Positions 50,256 through 63,715 of a DNA stretch of 64,000 nucleotides are shown piece after piece. The position numbers were made by a program, and so were the translations under genes. Under the pieces are notes generated by a model. The model saw only the letters and a list, made by a program, of their open reading frames with translations, was not told the DNA's origin and made no database searches. The stretch comes from Octopus sinensis. Taxonomy: Eukaryota. Each line of letters opens with the position of its first letter. Position 1 is the first letter of the stretch. Where the stretch lies: contig NC_043013.1 of NCBI RefSeq assembly GCF_006345805.1, positions 51,646,001 through 51,710,000 on the forward strand. The letters run 5' to 3'.

Positions 50256-50849
50256 ATATATATGTGAAGGCACGTGGCTTTGTGGTTAGGGGCATTTGGC
50301 TCACGATTGTAAGGTCGGGAGTTCAATTCTTGGCGACGCATTGTGTCCTTGAACAAGACACTTTATTTCATGTTGCTCCAGTCTACTCAGCTGGCAAAAC
50401 TGAATAGTAACTCTATTTCAAAGGGGCCAGCCTTGTTGCACTCTGTGTCATGCTGAATCTCCCTGAGAACTACATTAAGGGCCCATGTGTCTGTGGAGTG
50501 CTCAGCCACTTGCATGTTAATTTCACAAGCAAGCTGTTCTGCTGATCATATCAACTGGGACCCATGTCGTCGTAGCCGACAGAGTGCGCTTTACCTAGCT
50601 ATATACACACACGTACGTATGTATGTGTATATATATATATATAATTTTTATAATTATAAATATAATTATAATTAGGGTTCAACAAAATTTAGAAATAGCA
50701 GTTAAAACTAGCTATTTCTCTCATTATATACTCGTAATTATAAAAATTTTTGTTTAAGCTTACTGATAATGGTTCTTTTAACATACCGAACTACTTGATA
50801 AAATTATTAATTAATTAATTAATTAATTTTACCCTTTATTATTATTGAT

Positions 50850-50974
50850 ATAATATATATGTGTATATATGTATATATATATATATTATATATGTATATA
50901 TGTATATATATATATATAATATATGTATATATAATATATATATGTATATATGTATATATGTATATATATGTATA

Positions 50975-51011
<37 letters not shown>

Positions 51012-51022
51012 GTATATATATG

Positions 51023-51057
<35 letters not shown>

Positions 51058-51071
51058 AGATAAATATGTAG

Positions 51072-51103
<32 letters not shown>

Positions 51104-51250
51104 GTGTGTAGATATATATATATATATATATGTAGATATATATATATATGTGATATATATATGTAGATGTATATATGTGATATATATATGTAGATATATA
51201 TATATATATGTAGATATATATATATATGTAGATATATATGTGTGTGTTTG

Positions 51251-51272
<22 letters not shown>
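50850..51272. repeat. Long (TA)n/(TATG)n compound microsatellite
   Basis: Seen directly. Confidence 0.95.
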
Positions 51273-51282
<10 letters not shown>

Positions 51283-51478
51283 AACACATATGTATATATG
51301 TTAGTGTAGATGTGTGTGTGTAGAATCTAATGTTACCATAGTTTGTGTTTTGTTTCTTGAATAAGTTGTCATACCAATTTTTTTCGTGGACTGTTGTTGT
51401 TGTTGTCGTTGATACTTAGTTTTTGTATCATATTTTGACATGCATGCATGGGTTTGACAGGTGTACCCAACCATAACT

Positions 51479-51492
51479 GTTGCCATAGCAAC
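51479..51492. promoter_or_regulatory. RFX X-box motif GTTGCCATAGCAAC
   Basis: Match to the palindromic X-box consensus. Function is untested. Confidence 0.4.
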
Positions 51493-51670
51493 ACTGCAGA
51501 GTTTGTGTTTACATTGTAAGGGTCTGGTGAGGATGACGGTGGGGGTGGTGGTGGGGGTCTCCCTTGAACTGTAATGATATGTCATGTCTAGTTTAGATTA
51601 GGATAACATTCTTAGTGATGATACCTAACTACTGTGTGTGTGTGTATGAGATGGTGGAGGGTAGAATGAA

Positions 51671-52018
51671 ATGGTGATAATGATGGTGATGATGGTTATG
51701 ATGGTGATAAGGATTATAATGATGTTGATGATAGCAGTGGTGATGAGGATGATAATGATGATGTTGATAGTGGTGGTGATGGTGATGAAGATGATGATAG
51801 TGATGTTGATGATGATAGTGGTGGTGGTGATGATGATAGTGGTGATGACGGTGGTGGTGATGATGATGATGTTGATAGTGGTGGTGGTGATGATGGTGAT
51901 GATGATGTTGATAGTGATGGTGATGATGATGATAGTGACGAGGATGATGATGGTGGTGGTGGTGATGATGATGGTACTGAAAATGATGGTGATGATGATA
52001 GTGATAGTGATGATGTTG
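51671..52018. repeat. (GAT/GGT)n trinucleotide low-complexity tract
   Basis: Seen directly. Confidence 0.95.
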
Positions 52019-53069
52019 AAATACATGCCGATCCAGTTCTCGAGTTACTAAGCTACCGTCTCAGATGTAAATGAAAATGTTTAATAATAAATCTGGTTTC
52101 CTTCACTAAAAGATCCTCGTTTTACAAGTTTCCTTGTTCTTTCAGTTGTGGTTATTGTTGTTGTTAGTACAGCGCCGGATAAAATGCCTTGTGGTATTTC
52201 TTCTGGCATTACATCCAAACTTGAAATGTTGCCAAGGTCGACTCTGCCTTTCATCATTTCAGTGTCAATAACATAAAGTACCAGTTGAATTCTGGGGGTC
52301 AAGATAATTCATTTGCCCTTTCCCTCTAAAATTACTAGGCTCATGCCAACCAGAGACACCAGGCAAGATGCTTAAACACCATTTAGTCTGTCTTTATATT
52401 CTGAGTTCAAATTCCCCCAATGTCAACTTTACCTTTCATCCTTTCAGGATCGATAAAATAAGTACCTGTCATGTACTGGGGTCAATGTAATGTCAGCTAA
52501 CCCTGTCCCCAAAATCTCAGGCCTTGTGCCTTTAGTTCCCAGCCTTTTCACATTGGTTCCCAACTCTTTTATTTAAATACGTTTTCCCACAGATCCCTTT
52601 TAATATGCTTATCCTTATGTGTGTGTGTATATATATATATATATAAATATAAATAATTTGTGTAAACAATTTTCCAAATCAATCAGGTGTAACCATACAA
52701 CATTATATGCATCTGCATATCGTACTTTGGGGTCTTATTTATCATATGTTTATATATTTATCTATAAATATACAAAGTATCTGATAAAAGTCAGTATTCA
52801 ATTTTGGGGGATTAATAGAATACCTGCATATCAATTAATCTCCAAAATTTGTATATCTATAAATCTATATTCTTTTATTTGTTTCGGTCATTTGACTGCG
52901 AGAATGCTAGAGTGCTGCCTTTAGTTGCAAAAATTGCCCCCAGGACTTATTCTTTGTAAGCCTAGTATTTAGTGGCTCGACAAAAGAGACCGATAGAATA
53001 AGTTACAGAGACATAAACACACCAACTTAAGTTGTCAAGCAATGATGGGGATACATACACACACACACC

Positions 53070-53104
<35 letters not shown>

Positions 53105-53327
53105 GTATATGGATGAGTGTATTAATAGCGTTCTGTCAATCACTATACAAATCCATCATTTTTTGGTAAAATGTCTTATTGACAAGTTTCGTGTTTTTCA
53201 CTTTCCCAAAGAGAAGATTGCATTGTTTATACCATTTATTCTTTTGAATAGTATCAGTGAAATTTTTGAAACATGTGTCGAAAGTAAAAATATTTAATTT
53301 ACACCTGCGTTAAACTCCATTTATTTA

Positions 53328-53367
<40 letters not shown>

Positions 53368-54875
53368 AGACATGCTTCTTTCAGTTTTTGTCTACCAAAT
53401 CCACTCACAAGGCTTTGATTGGCACAAGGCTGTAGTAGAAGACACTTGCCCAAGGTGCCATTTATTGTTCGTTTCCCATACTGGCATGGGTTGGACAGTT
53501 TGAGAGGTAACGGTCAGCCAGAGAGATGCCCAGGTTCCAAAATTGTCTGTTTTGGGCCTAGTTTCTACCAGTGGATGCCCTTCCTAATGCTGTCTATTTT
53601 GTAAAGTGTACTTGGTGCTTTCTCCACGACACCGTCATGGCTGCTTTTACCTGGAACCAGCTCAGGTGTTTTTTATGCGGAATCAGCACAGGTGCTTCTT
53701 ACATGGCACTGGCATGAGTTCTTTGTAGCCGACATCAGCACGAGCGCTTTCTATGTGGCCCTGGCCCAGGTGCATTTTATGGGCATTGGCACATATATAT
53801 GGGTATATATGTGTGTGTCTTTGTGTTTGTCTCCCACCACCACTTGACAACTGATGTCGGTTTGTTTACATCCCCTGTAATATAGTGGTTCAACAAAAGA
53901 GACCGATAGAATGTTTTTGCATGAAACTTCCAAAGATAAGTAGTAGGGTTCCTTTGTCACCTAAAATCCTTGAAGCCAGTGCCCCAGCATGGCCGTGGTG
54001 CAGAAGCAACACCAAAGAGTTACATTTGATTAATGATAATAAAGGTGTTGGGTATATATATTTTTTTAAACTTTTTTATATGAAGAATTTGGTAGCGCCA
54101 AGTTGAAGAATTTTCATGAGTTTCTCTTGGGAAAGAAAGATGAATTCATGCAGTCTGACTGACAGACAGATGGGCAAACAGAACTAGACGAGAAGACAAA
54201 CAGACAGACAGACTAACAAGATTCTTGCTGTTCAGACACTCCACGAAGATTCCACATTAAAAGAATGGTAATTCCAAACTGTGTAGAGGCTCTACAGCTG
54301 TTGAGAGGTGAAGTATTTAATGATTCTGAAGAGAAAGCCATCTTGGTTTGTGTGAATTACCGACTAACAACAACAGCAACAATAATAATAATAATAAAAA
54401 TAATAATAATAACAACAACAAACAACTTTAGGATAATAAAAATTAATGGTAGATTTATAAGAGAAAATATAAAAAAAAAAGCAATTGAAAAAGAATATTT
54501 ACAGGAATACCAGACAGACAGACAGTAACTTCTGATGGGTTTTCAGAAGTAAATTTTTATTTGGGATAGTATGATAGGGGTGGGCATGGAATGGAGCACC
54601 AATGGGGGCAGATGAAATACTGGTGGTGGTGGTGGCAGTGGTGTGGCGATGGCAGTAGGGGTGGATATGGTATTATTTATTTAGTAATATTTGCCAACAT
54701 ATGTAGGGAAAATAAAATATAAAATGTGTAACAATAATAATGTTAATGATGATGATGGTGGTGGTGGTTGTAGAATTCGAGGTGGTGATGAGGGCAAGGC
54801 AGGTGATGTTGGTTGGTGTTAGTAATGGAGATGATGGTGATGATAGTGGTAGGTAGTTGGTGGTATACTGGTGTG

Positions 54876-54936
<61 letters not shown>

Positions 54937-55421
54937 TGAGTGTGTGTATATAGTCAGCTCTAAAAGACCACCAACTCCACAGCTCGTACAACAGGGATTC
55001 ATTGAGATGTGATACAAGAAGTGCAAACTAAACAGACCTTTCAGGACCCCTGACAGAACCTTTACATACCCTTGAGTGTGAAAGGGTCAGTCAGTGGGGC
55101 CCAAACCTTTAGGTAAACCTAACTGACACTCAAGCACCCTAACAAACCCTTGGTACCCTGAAAACACCCTGGGTACAACTAATAAAACCATCCACTAACC
55201 ATTTAATAATAATGATAATCCTTTCTGCTAAAGTCCTGAAATTTGAAGGGAGGGGCTTAGTTGATTACATCGACCGCTGTATACTTAGTTTATCAACCCC
55301 CAAAAGGATGAAAGGCAAAGTCAACGTTGGCAGAATTTGAACTCAGAATGTAGCGGCAGATGAAATGCCATTAAGCATTCCACACAGCATGCTAACAATT
55401 CTGCCAGTTCATCTAATGATG

Positions 55422-55455
<34 letters not shown>

Positions 55456-55810
55456 TGATAATAGAGGCTGAGGGTGACCCCCTTCGGTCATGAATGATCA
55501 TGGGATTGCACCTAAAAAGTTATCCTCCAAGGCACAAGTCGGGGCAAGATTGTTTATGGAAGACCAGCAGTGAACCATTCATACCAGCCTCCCCTTCTCC
55601 ATGCCACCGATGTCATCCAAGGGAAAGGTAAAGGCTGATACAGCTTGGCACCGGTGATGTCACAACTCATTTCTACAGATGAGTAAACTGGAGCCATGTG
55701 GAATAAAGACGCAGCCTGGTCCGGAAATTGAACTCACTATATCATGATTATAAGCCTGACGCTCTAACCACTGAGCCATGCACCTTCACAACAACAACAA
55801 TAATAATAAT

Positions 55811-55842
<32 letters not shown>

Positions 55843-57046
55843 ACACCACAACAAACCACAGCAAATACCCAAGGCACACAGAGCTTCGCTCAGTAGTGCA
55901 TTGAATGCACATGATAAAAATAAGACTACTGAATGATATTAATAATTATTATTATTAATATTATTCAGTAGTCTTATTTAATAATAATAGTAATAATAAT
56001 AATAATAATAATATAATAATAATAATAATACTTCCTAATTTTTGGCTCAGGGCCAACAATATTTGAAGGATTGGGGCTAGTCAATTCCATCAACTCCAGT
56101 AAACAACTGGCAATTGGTACTTGTTTTTTATTTACCCCATGAGGGTGAAAATGAAAGTTGATCTCAGTTGAATTTAAACTCAGAATGTCATGTATTGGGA
56201 GAAATATTGCTGAGCATTTTGTCCCATGTGATAACAATTCTGCCAGCTCACCATCTGAATAATAATAATAATAATAATAATAATCGTTTCAAATTTTGGC
56301 ACACGGCCAGCAGTTTTTGAGGGGAGGGATTGGTCAATTAGATTTACCCTAGTTTATGACTGGTACTTATTTCATTGACCTCAAAAGGAAGGAAGGCAAA
56401 GTAAACCTTCACAGGATTTAATTATAAGTTTATTTCTCTGTAGCTTTACATCCAATCTGAGAATCTGTTGAGAGTACATACCCCCTCTTACCCCCACCCC
56501 ACCCCGACTCACCCTCACCTGATCATGTTCCATTCTTCTGTCACACTCACTCACATCTCTCCCTCTCCTTCCCCTCAGTCATCTACTATCACCATTACCC
56601 TACTTCATCTTTACCATTCCATCCATCATTTTTTTTCTTCATATATCCACCCCTCAGAGACTCAGGTGGACACCCTCACCTCAGCATATACTATCCTACC
56701 TTGAAATATACAATTGTACTTCTTCATCACCAGCACTATTGCCACCATCACCATAACCACCACCACCATCTCTCCACCATCATCATAATTACTATGTGCT
56801 TCATTACAAACATTCACCTTCAACCTCATACTTTCATTCTTACCCCTCCCACCTACCGCACTCCTACACCTCTCCTAACATATACCCAACATTCACCCTC
56901 TCCCTTATGACTGACAGCAGCATATGAGAGTGTATGATAGACACCCCCCCACCTCAACTATCATACATATATAAACACTCATACATACATGCATATATAA
57001 ATATTTTTATAAGTGATAGAAAGACTACTCAATACAGGATCTAAAG

Positions 57047-57079
<33 letters not shown>

Positions 57080-57082
<3 letters not shown>

Positions 57083-57607
57083 GGTCAAGCAAAATGATCT
57101 GACACATTTGTAGGTTAAATAAAAGGCAAGTGCAGTAAAGAAACAAAAAAATGTTTTTATTTTTGAAAAGTACATATAATGCCATTTTGTTTCATTATGT
57201 TTTAAAAATTAAATCAGTCAAATGGGATCCATTATTGTCCACACACTGTCGAAGGCGTTCACGAAAGTTGTCAATAATATCCGTGCGATTTTTTCTCTGG
57301 GGATACCTCAAGTCAAAGGTATACATTAATCGCCCTCGATCTATTGAACAACTTAAAGATGCAATTCGTCTAGAAATTACTGTCATTCCACATGAAATGA
57401 CCCGCTGAGTTATTGACAACTTTCGTGAACGCCTTCAACAGTGTGTGGACAATAATGGATCCCATTTGACTGATTTAATTTTTAAAACATACTGAAACAA
57501 AATGGCATTATATGTACTTTTCAAAAATAAAAACACATTTTTGTTTCTTTACTTCATTTGCCTTTTATTTAACCTACAAATGTGTCAGATCATTTTGCCA
57601 GGCCCTG
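57080..57607. mobile_element. Palindromic Tc1/mariner-superfamily derivative with ~200-bp inverted arms, inserted in (TA)n
   Basis: TA|CAGGG...CCCTG|TA. 57080-~57277 is nearly the reverse complement of ~57410-57607. The core encodes PCDFFLWGYLKSKVYINRPRSIEQLKDAIRLEI..FRERLQQCVDNNGSHL, a transposase C-terminus. Confidence 0.9.
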
Positions 57608-57702
57608 TATATATATAGTGAGAATTTACAAAAAAACAAAAGACAAAGACATGTGTAAACAACAAACAGTTAATTAGCGTAGCGCTCAGGAAGTGAGAAA
57701 GT

Positions 57703-57738
57703 CTTTTACGTTTCGAGCCTATGCTCTTCAACAGAAAG
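57703..57738 (-). ncRNA. Minimal hammerhead-like motif with variant core CUGUUGA
   Basis: Minus strand: CUUU-CUGUUGA-A-GAGC(AUAG)GCUC-GAAA-CG-UA-AAAG; same family as 8917-8954. Confidence 0.65.
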
Positions 57739-57801
57739 TAACACAGAAATAAACAGGGATAGAAAATAGAAAAGGATTAGTGACTAGCGATCTAACATGG
57801 C

Positions 57802-57847
<46 letters not shown>

Positions 57848-58527
57848 TCTGCTGAATGGTTGGTGTTAGGAAGGACATACAGCTGTAAAAATCCTACCAA
57901 AACAGTTACAGAAGTCTGGTGCAGGATTCTGCCTGGCTGACTCTTGTGAAACCGTTCCATCCATGCCAGCATGGAAGGCAGACATTATATGATGATATAT
58001 ATATATATTGTAGATAGCGTTATAATCCAAGCTGTGTCCTTTTGAGGCACATCTGCTTATTCCAGGACTCCAAAGTTGTATGTAGTTGTTATATTTGTGT
58101 GACATATGCATAAAAGTCGAAAAAAATACTAATATCTTTTCCAAGCTAATTACATATCAAAACAGAAGATTCGAAAAAAATTTCGGTATTATCTATTCAC
58201 CCTTACACATGTTTCGTTTACTAATAGGAAGTACAAAATTGTATTTGTTGGATAAACATGTCAGATATCTCCTGTGAGAAATTCTTCAGACAGAAAATCC
58301 GTCAAATGAAACGCATGATGGTGAATAAATAATACCAAAGATTTTTTGCAATCTCCTGTTTTTATAGGTGCAGGAGTAGCTGTGTGGGTAATAAGTTTCT
58401 TTCCCAACCACATGGTTCCAGGTTCAGTCCCACTGTGTGATACTTAGGGCGAGTGTCTTCTACTATAGCCTTGGGTCCACCAAAGCCTTGTGAGCAGATT
58501 TGGTAGACAGAAACTGAAAGGAGCCCG

Positions 58528-58573
<46 letters not shown>

Positions 58574-58659
58574 CGTGGCATTTGATCATATAATAATACA
58601 AATAATATATAGATATATACATACATATATGTACATACCTACATATATATGTATATATA

Positions 58660-58856
58660 CATGCATATATGGGTACAGGACCTCAAAAAAATGTTGAACA
58701 GAATGAGAAATGAAAGCATAAAAACAAAAACATAGAAAACAAACTTTTTTCGAACAACAAAAAAATTAAAAAAGCAGAGAAACGAGACATGCAACATAAA
58801 GAAAATTCCCCTTCATCAGTTGTCCCTGTTTCATCTACTCCGCATTTCAAAGGCAA
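58660..58856 (-). mobile_element. Second, truncated copy of the repeat carrying the permuted hammerhead
   Basis: Shares ATGCATATATGGGTACAGGAC and CCCTTCATCAGTTGTCCC-TGTTT.ATCTACTCCGC.TTTC with 11128-11245. It is cut off by (TA)n before the cleavage strand. Confidence 0.75.
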
Positions 58857-59133
58857 CATTATATATATATATATATATAATGTATACACGACAGGCTTCT
58901 TTCAGTTTCCATCTACCAAATCCACTCACAAGGCTTTGGTTGGCCTGAGGCCATAGTAGAAGACACTTGCCCAAGATGCTATGTAGTGGGATTGAACCCG
59001 GAACCATGTGGTTGGTAAGTAAACTACTTACCACACAGCCACTCCTTTGTAATGTATTTTTACACTCCTTCACCTGGACAGTGAAATATATTGATAATGA
59101 TAGGAAAATTGGAGGTATCTTTTTGTAAACCTA

Positions 59134-59334
59134 CTGAAAAGTTCCTGGCTTTAAGTTAATAGTATCAGGAAAGACTTGGTTGGAGGTTCATTTAATCAAG
59201 TTCTTTTACAGGACCTAGAAAAACTGAAGGCCCACTGCAATAATTGTGTGAATCTGAGAGGGAGATATGTTCAATAAAATCCTAATTAACTTATCCTCCT
59301 GTATTTTCTTTGACCCAAAGCCAGGACTTTTCAG
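59134..59334. mobile_element. Mariner-derived MITE
   Basis: TIR-like CTGAAAAGTTCCTGGCTTT and AAAGCCAGGACTTTTCAG; internal LEKLKAHCNNCVNLRGRYVQ resembles a mariner C-terminus. Confidence 0.6.
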
Positions 59335-60185
59335 CCTGATCCCTTGTGTACAGATTAACAAAATGTCTGAATTCTCCAAAAGAAACAACACAATAGTATT
59401 TAAATTCCTTTGTCACATTGCATATGTCTGAAATGAATTTGGAGTTTCTTATTGATATCCCTCAGAACAACGTCCCTTAGCAACAAGTCTTGTTCCCTCT
59501 CTCTACCCCTCCCCCATGCTTTCTCTCCACCACCTCTTCCCCACCCCTCTATCATGTTTAATCATGCTAAAGCCTCTGTTGCTGTTATGGTCCACTTCTT
59601 TCCGCCTTTGAGCGTCATTCATCTTCTATCATCATTTTCCCTCAAATGTTTAAATTAATTCCTCTATTTGACAAATAGGTACAGACATGTATAAGTGCAG
59701 GCATGGCTGTGTGGGTAATAAGTTTCTTTCCTGACCACATGGTTTCAGGTTCAGTCCCACTGCTCAGCATTTTCTGCAAGTGTCTTTTGCTACAGTCCTG
59801 GCTGACCGAAGCCCTGTGAATGGACTTGATAGTCAGAAACTGAAAAAATGCCCATCATATATATCATCATCATCATCTTTTAATGTCCATTGTCTATGCT
59901 GGCATGGGTTGGATAGTTTGACCAGTTCTGGTCAGCTGAGTGGCTGCACCAGACTCCAGTCTGATTTGGCAGTTTTCTACGGCTGGATGCCCTTTATAAT
60001 GCCAACCACTCCCAGAGTGTACTAAGTGCTTTTATGTGCCACTAGCATGGGTGACATTTATGTGACATGAGAGGACATGAGAGTGACTTGCCAATTTGCA
60101 TGACATCAACATCTGTCTCAACTGGGATTTTGCTCAGCTTGATGGGTCTTCTTCTCAAGCATGACATAAAGCCAAAGGTCTTGGT

Positions 60186-60435
60186 CATTGCCTCCGTGAG
60201 GCCCACTGCTCAAAAGGAACTTTACCTCTGTGAGGCCCAACACTCAAAAGGAACTCAGCTGCTTTGCCTTCGTGGGGCCCAGCACTTGAAAAGAACTCAG
60301 CTGCTTTGCCTCCATAATGCCCAACACATGAAAGGAACTCAGCTGCTTTGCCTCTGTGAGGCCCAACGCTCAAAAGGAACTCAGCCACTTTGCCTCCATG
60401 AGGCTCAACGCTTGAAAAGAACTCAGCCATTTTGC
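60186..60435. repeat. ~42-bp tandem repeat, about 6 copies, within an RTE-like fragment
   Basis: TGCCTCTGTGAGGCCCAACACTCAAAAGGAACTCAGCTGCTT units; two units also occur at ~31664-31750. Confidence 0.85.
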
Positions 60436-60944
60436 ATATGTATATGTATATATATAGATATATATATAATGTGTGTGTGTGTGTAAGAATGTATATGCAT
60501 CTTTTAGCTTTTACTTGTTTCAGTCATTAGACTGTGCCCAAGCTGGAGCATCATCTCAAAGGATTTTAGCTTAACAAATAGTCCTCAGTACATTTTGTTT
60601 TTGTTTTCCTAAGTCTCGTACTTATTCTATCAGTCTCTGTTTGCTGAACCTGTAAGTTACAGGGATGTAAACAAACCAATACCAGTTATCAAGTGGTGGA
60701 AGTGGGGGACAAACACAAATTCACACACACAAAATTTTGTCCTTTTACCAAATCTGCTCGCAAGGCTGTGGTCAACCTGAGGCTATAGCAGATGACACTT
60801 GCCCAAGGTGCCATACAGTGGGATTGAACCCGGAACCATGTATTTGAGAAACAAGCTTCTTACCACACTGCCACACCTATTAAAACGACAATGAAGATGA
60901 TGATGATAATGAGGAGGAGGAGGAGGAGGATTTTCTTGAACTTT

Positions 60945-61245
60945 GTATCGGGGTATGTTGCTAGATTTCTTCAGTTCTTCGTTATGATCTCCTTAATCAA
61001 TATTACTGGTAAAATGGAGACTACTAACTTCTCTGCCTCATACTTAAACATTGCGTTTCTTTGAAGGAGTTGAAGGCTTTTGCCGTCACGTATCCTAGAA
61101 ACACATCGGAAAGGCATTGGAAGAAGAACATCCCGTTGTCTGACACCAGCTCGAAACTGGGACAACTCTGGGAAAAATCTGACATGTACTGTCAGATCAA
61201 GTTGACATTGTCAGCTTGGTTTTGCCAGAAGCATTTTGAAGATTG
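60945..61245 (-). mobile_element. Decayed LINE reverse-transcriptase fragment
   Basis: AGVRQRDVLLPMPF resembles the RT motif GVRQGD.LSP.LF. Confidence 0.55.
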
Positions 61246-61281
61246 CACAGCAACAGCACTATCAGTAGCAGCAGCAACAGT

Positions 61282-61330
<49 letters not shown>

Positions 61331-63529
61331 AGAGAGATAAATGCCATTTACAATCAAATTTCAAAAGATAATCTCCTGAATCTAGCAGATAAAAACCAAA
61401 ACCAAAGATTATATTTTTGAAAGAATTGGTTCACTGGAATGGAAAGATGAGAAGAAAGAACTGCTGGAACATTTCTAACCATCAGCAATAGCAGAACAAA
61501 TTTTTTTTTCTACATATTCTTGACACAGTTTTTCCCATTAATCCCGCCTACCAACTTGGCACTGTTTCTGCTATATTTCTACATTGTATTTCAATTAACA
61601 AACTGTAATATTGAAGACTATTAAATACCACTCCTTCCAGCACCATGCATTGCTCATTTTGTTGCAGATATATAAACCAGAATATATATATATATACATA
61701 TACACATATATATATGTGTGTGTGTGTAATCATCATTATCTTCCTCATTAACATCATCAAAGCCACCACCATCATCATCATCATTATCTTTCATCTTTTT
61801 ACTTGTTTCAGTCATTAGACTGTAGCCATGCTGGAGCACCTCTTTGAAGAATTGTAGCCAAATGAATTGTCTACAGAATTTTATTTTTTAAGCCTGGCAC
61901 TTAATTCTCAAAGTCTCTTTTGCCACACTGTTAAATTATGGGGATGTAAACATACCAACACTGGATGTCAAGCAGTGGTGAGAGAGAAACAGATACACAC
62001 ATACACACACACACAATGGACTTCTTTCAGTTTCTGTCTACCAAAATCCATTCAAGGCTTTGTTTGATTTGGGGATGTAGTAGAAGACACTTCCCCAAGG
62101 TGCCACACTATGGAACTGAACCCAGAACCCATGTGGTTGGGAAGCAATCTTCTAACCACATAGCCATGCTTCCTCTTAATCATCATCATCATTGTCATCA
62201 GCAGCACCAACACCACCACCACCACCATCATCATTCCAGTGTCCATTTTTCTATGTTTGCAATGGGTCAGACAAAAATTTATTGAGATAGTTTTTCTATA
62301 GCTAAGGGCCCTTCCTGTCGGCAATCCTTACTTCTTTCCCAGCAAGGTGGGATTTTCCCCTTGACTGGGCATGTTTCCACAGAAGATTGCAACCAACTTT
62401 CATGGTGATTCACCGATTCTAGCTCTTTTGAGTGGTGATCCACCGATTCTGTTGCTCGCTACCGTTATTGTAATAATCCTTTCAACTATTGGCACAAGGC
62501 TAGAAATTTTAGGGGGAGTAGGGGATTAGTCAAATACATTGATCCCCCTCCCCAGTATTCAACTGGTACCTATTTTATTGACCATGACAAACAAAGTCAC
62601 CTTCAGAGGAATTTGAACTCAGAACGTAGAGATGATGCTAAGCATTTCTCCTCTCTCACTCTCTCTCTCTCTTTCCCCTTCTCCATCTCTCCTCCCTCTC
62701 TTTTAACCCCCCCCCCCCCTGCACTTCTCATCTTGACTGCTAAGGATTCTGCTTGTTCATTGCCTTAATAATTTTAGTAATAATAATAATAATAATCGGG
62801 CTACAGCAAATATTCTGCATAATGCCACAGATTTGCTTGTCATTTGCTTGACTGTAACCAGTTGAGCATGTCCCTTTGATGATGTATGTATCTCTGATTA
62901 CGAGCAGAAGTGGTGTGGGAGCATCATAGCTATGTGTTGAGAAGAATTCTTTGGGGTTTGGATAATTCACCTTTGGAAACATGGGTGTTTTGTAGAACAT
63001 CTTTAAACAGGGACCTTTTGAGCAGGATGGGCTACTAGACCTGAAGAAAATTTTAACTGGGCACCACCTGCAAGGTCATGCACTGTTTATCTTAATATGA
63101 CATCACCATGTCATGCACATATGGTTGTGACGCATGTGCCTGGTGTACCCTTATCAGACGGGTAGTCATGATGGATATACTGGGCTTCGTATATTTTACC
63201 CCAGTGTCACTTTGATGGCATGCATTGCTCTCTTACTTAATAATGATAACAAGATCACTCAGAGAGTGAAAACCTTCACCAAGGCAACACCAACATCCTC
63301 TCAATGATTAGCCAGAGATGATTTTTAAAATGAGAGTATCTGAAATAAACTTGACTTTGCTCACAAACGAGAATACTAAAAATGAACCCAAACACTCTCA
63401 AAAATTAAGTAAAAAAAACAGGAAAATAATCCAGAATCCTTGTCCAGTACCTGACCGATCCCAATGGTAGTCATGGAATGTGAAGGTGGGTGTGAGGTCC
63501 GTGTTTGTAATGCTGTGTGTGTGTCGTCT

Positions 63530-63715
63530 GCGGTGGAAACGGACAATTTTCTCTATGAAGGCATTTTTTAGTCTATCCACTGATATAGTGTCTTTACAAC
63601 CATTAAGGTCTATAGTGAAAAATTCATCCGTGCGTGAAAGAAAACGGAAAGGACCTGCATACGGTGCTGTTAAGGAAGGTTCAACAACATCGATGTACAC
63701 AAAAACGTGAGTCCA
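63530..63715 (-). mobile_element. Gypsy-type LTR retrotransposon integrase C-terminal fragment
   Basis: PSLTAPYAGPFRFLSRTDEFFTIDLNGCKDTISVDRLKNAF contains the GPY/F motif and VDRLK. Confidence 0.8.

Noticed and set aside
54235-54270. Possible micro-exon (TTCAG|ACACTCCAC...GAATG|GTAATT)
   Set aside because: The peptide does not resemble the expected FERM continuation, and such splice-like pairs occur often by chance.
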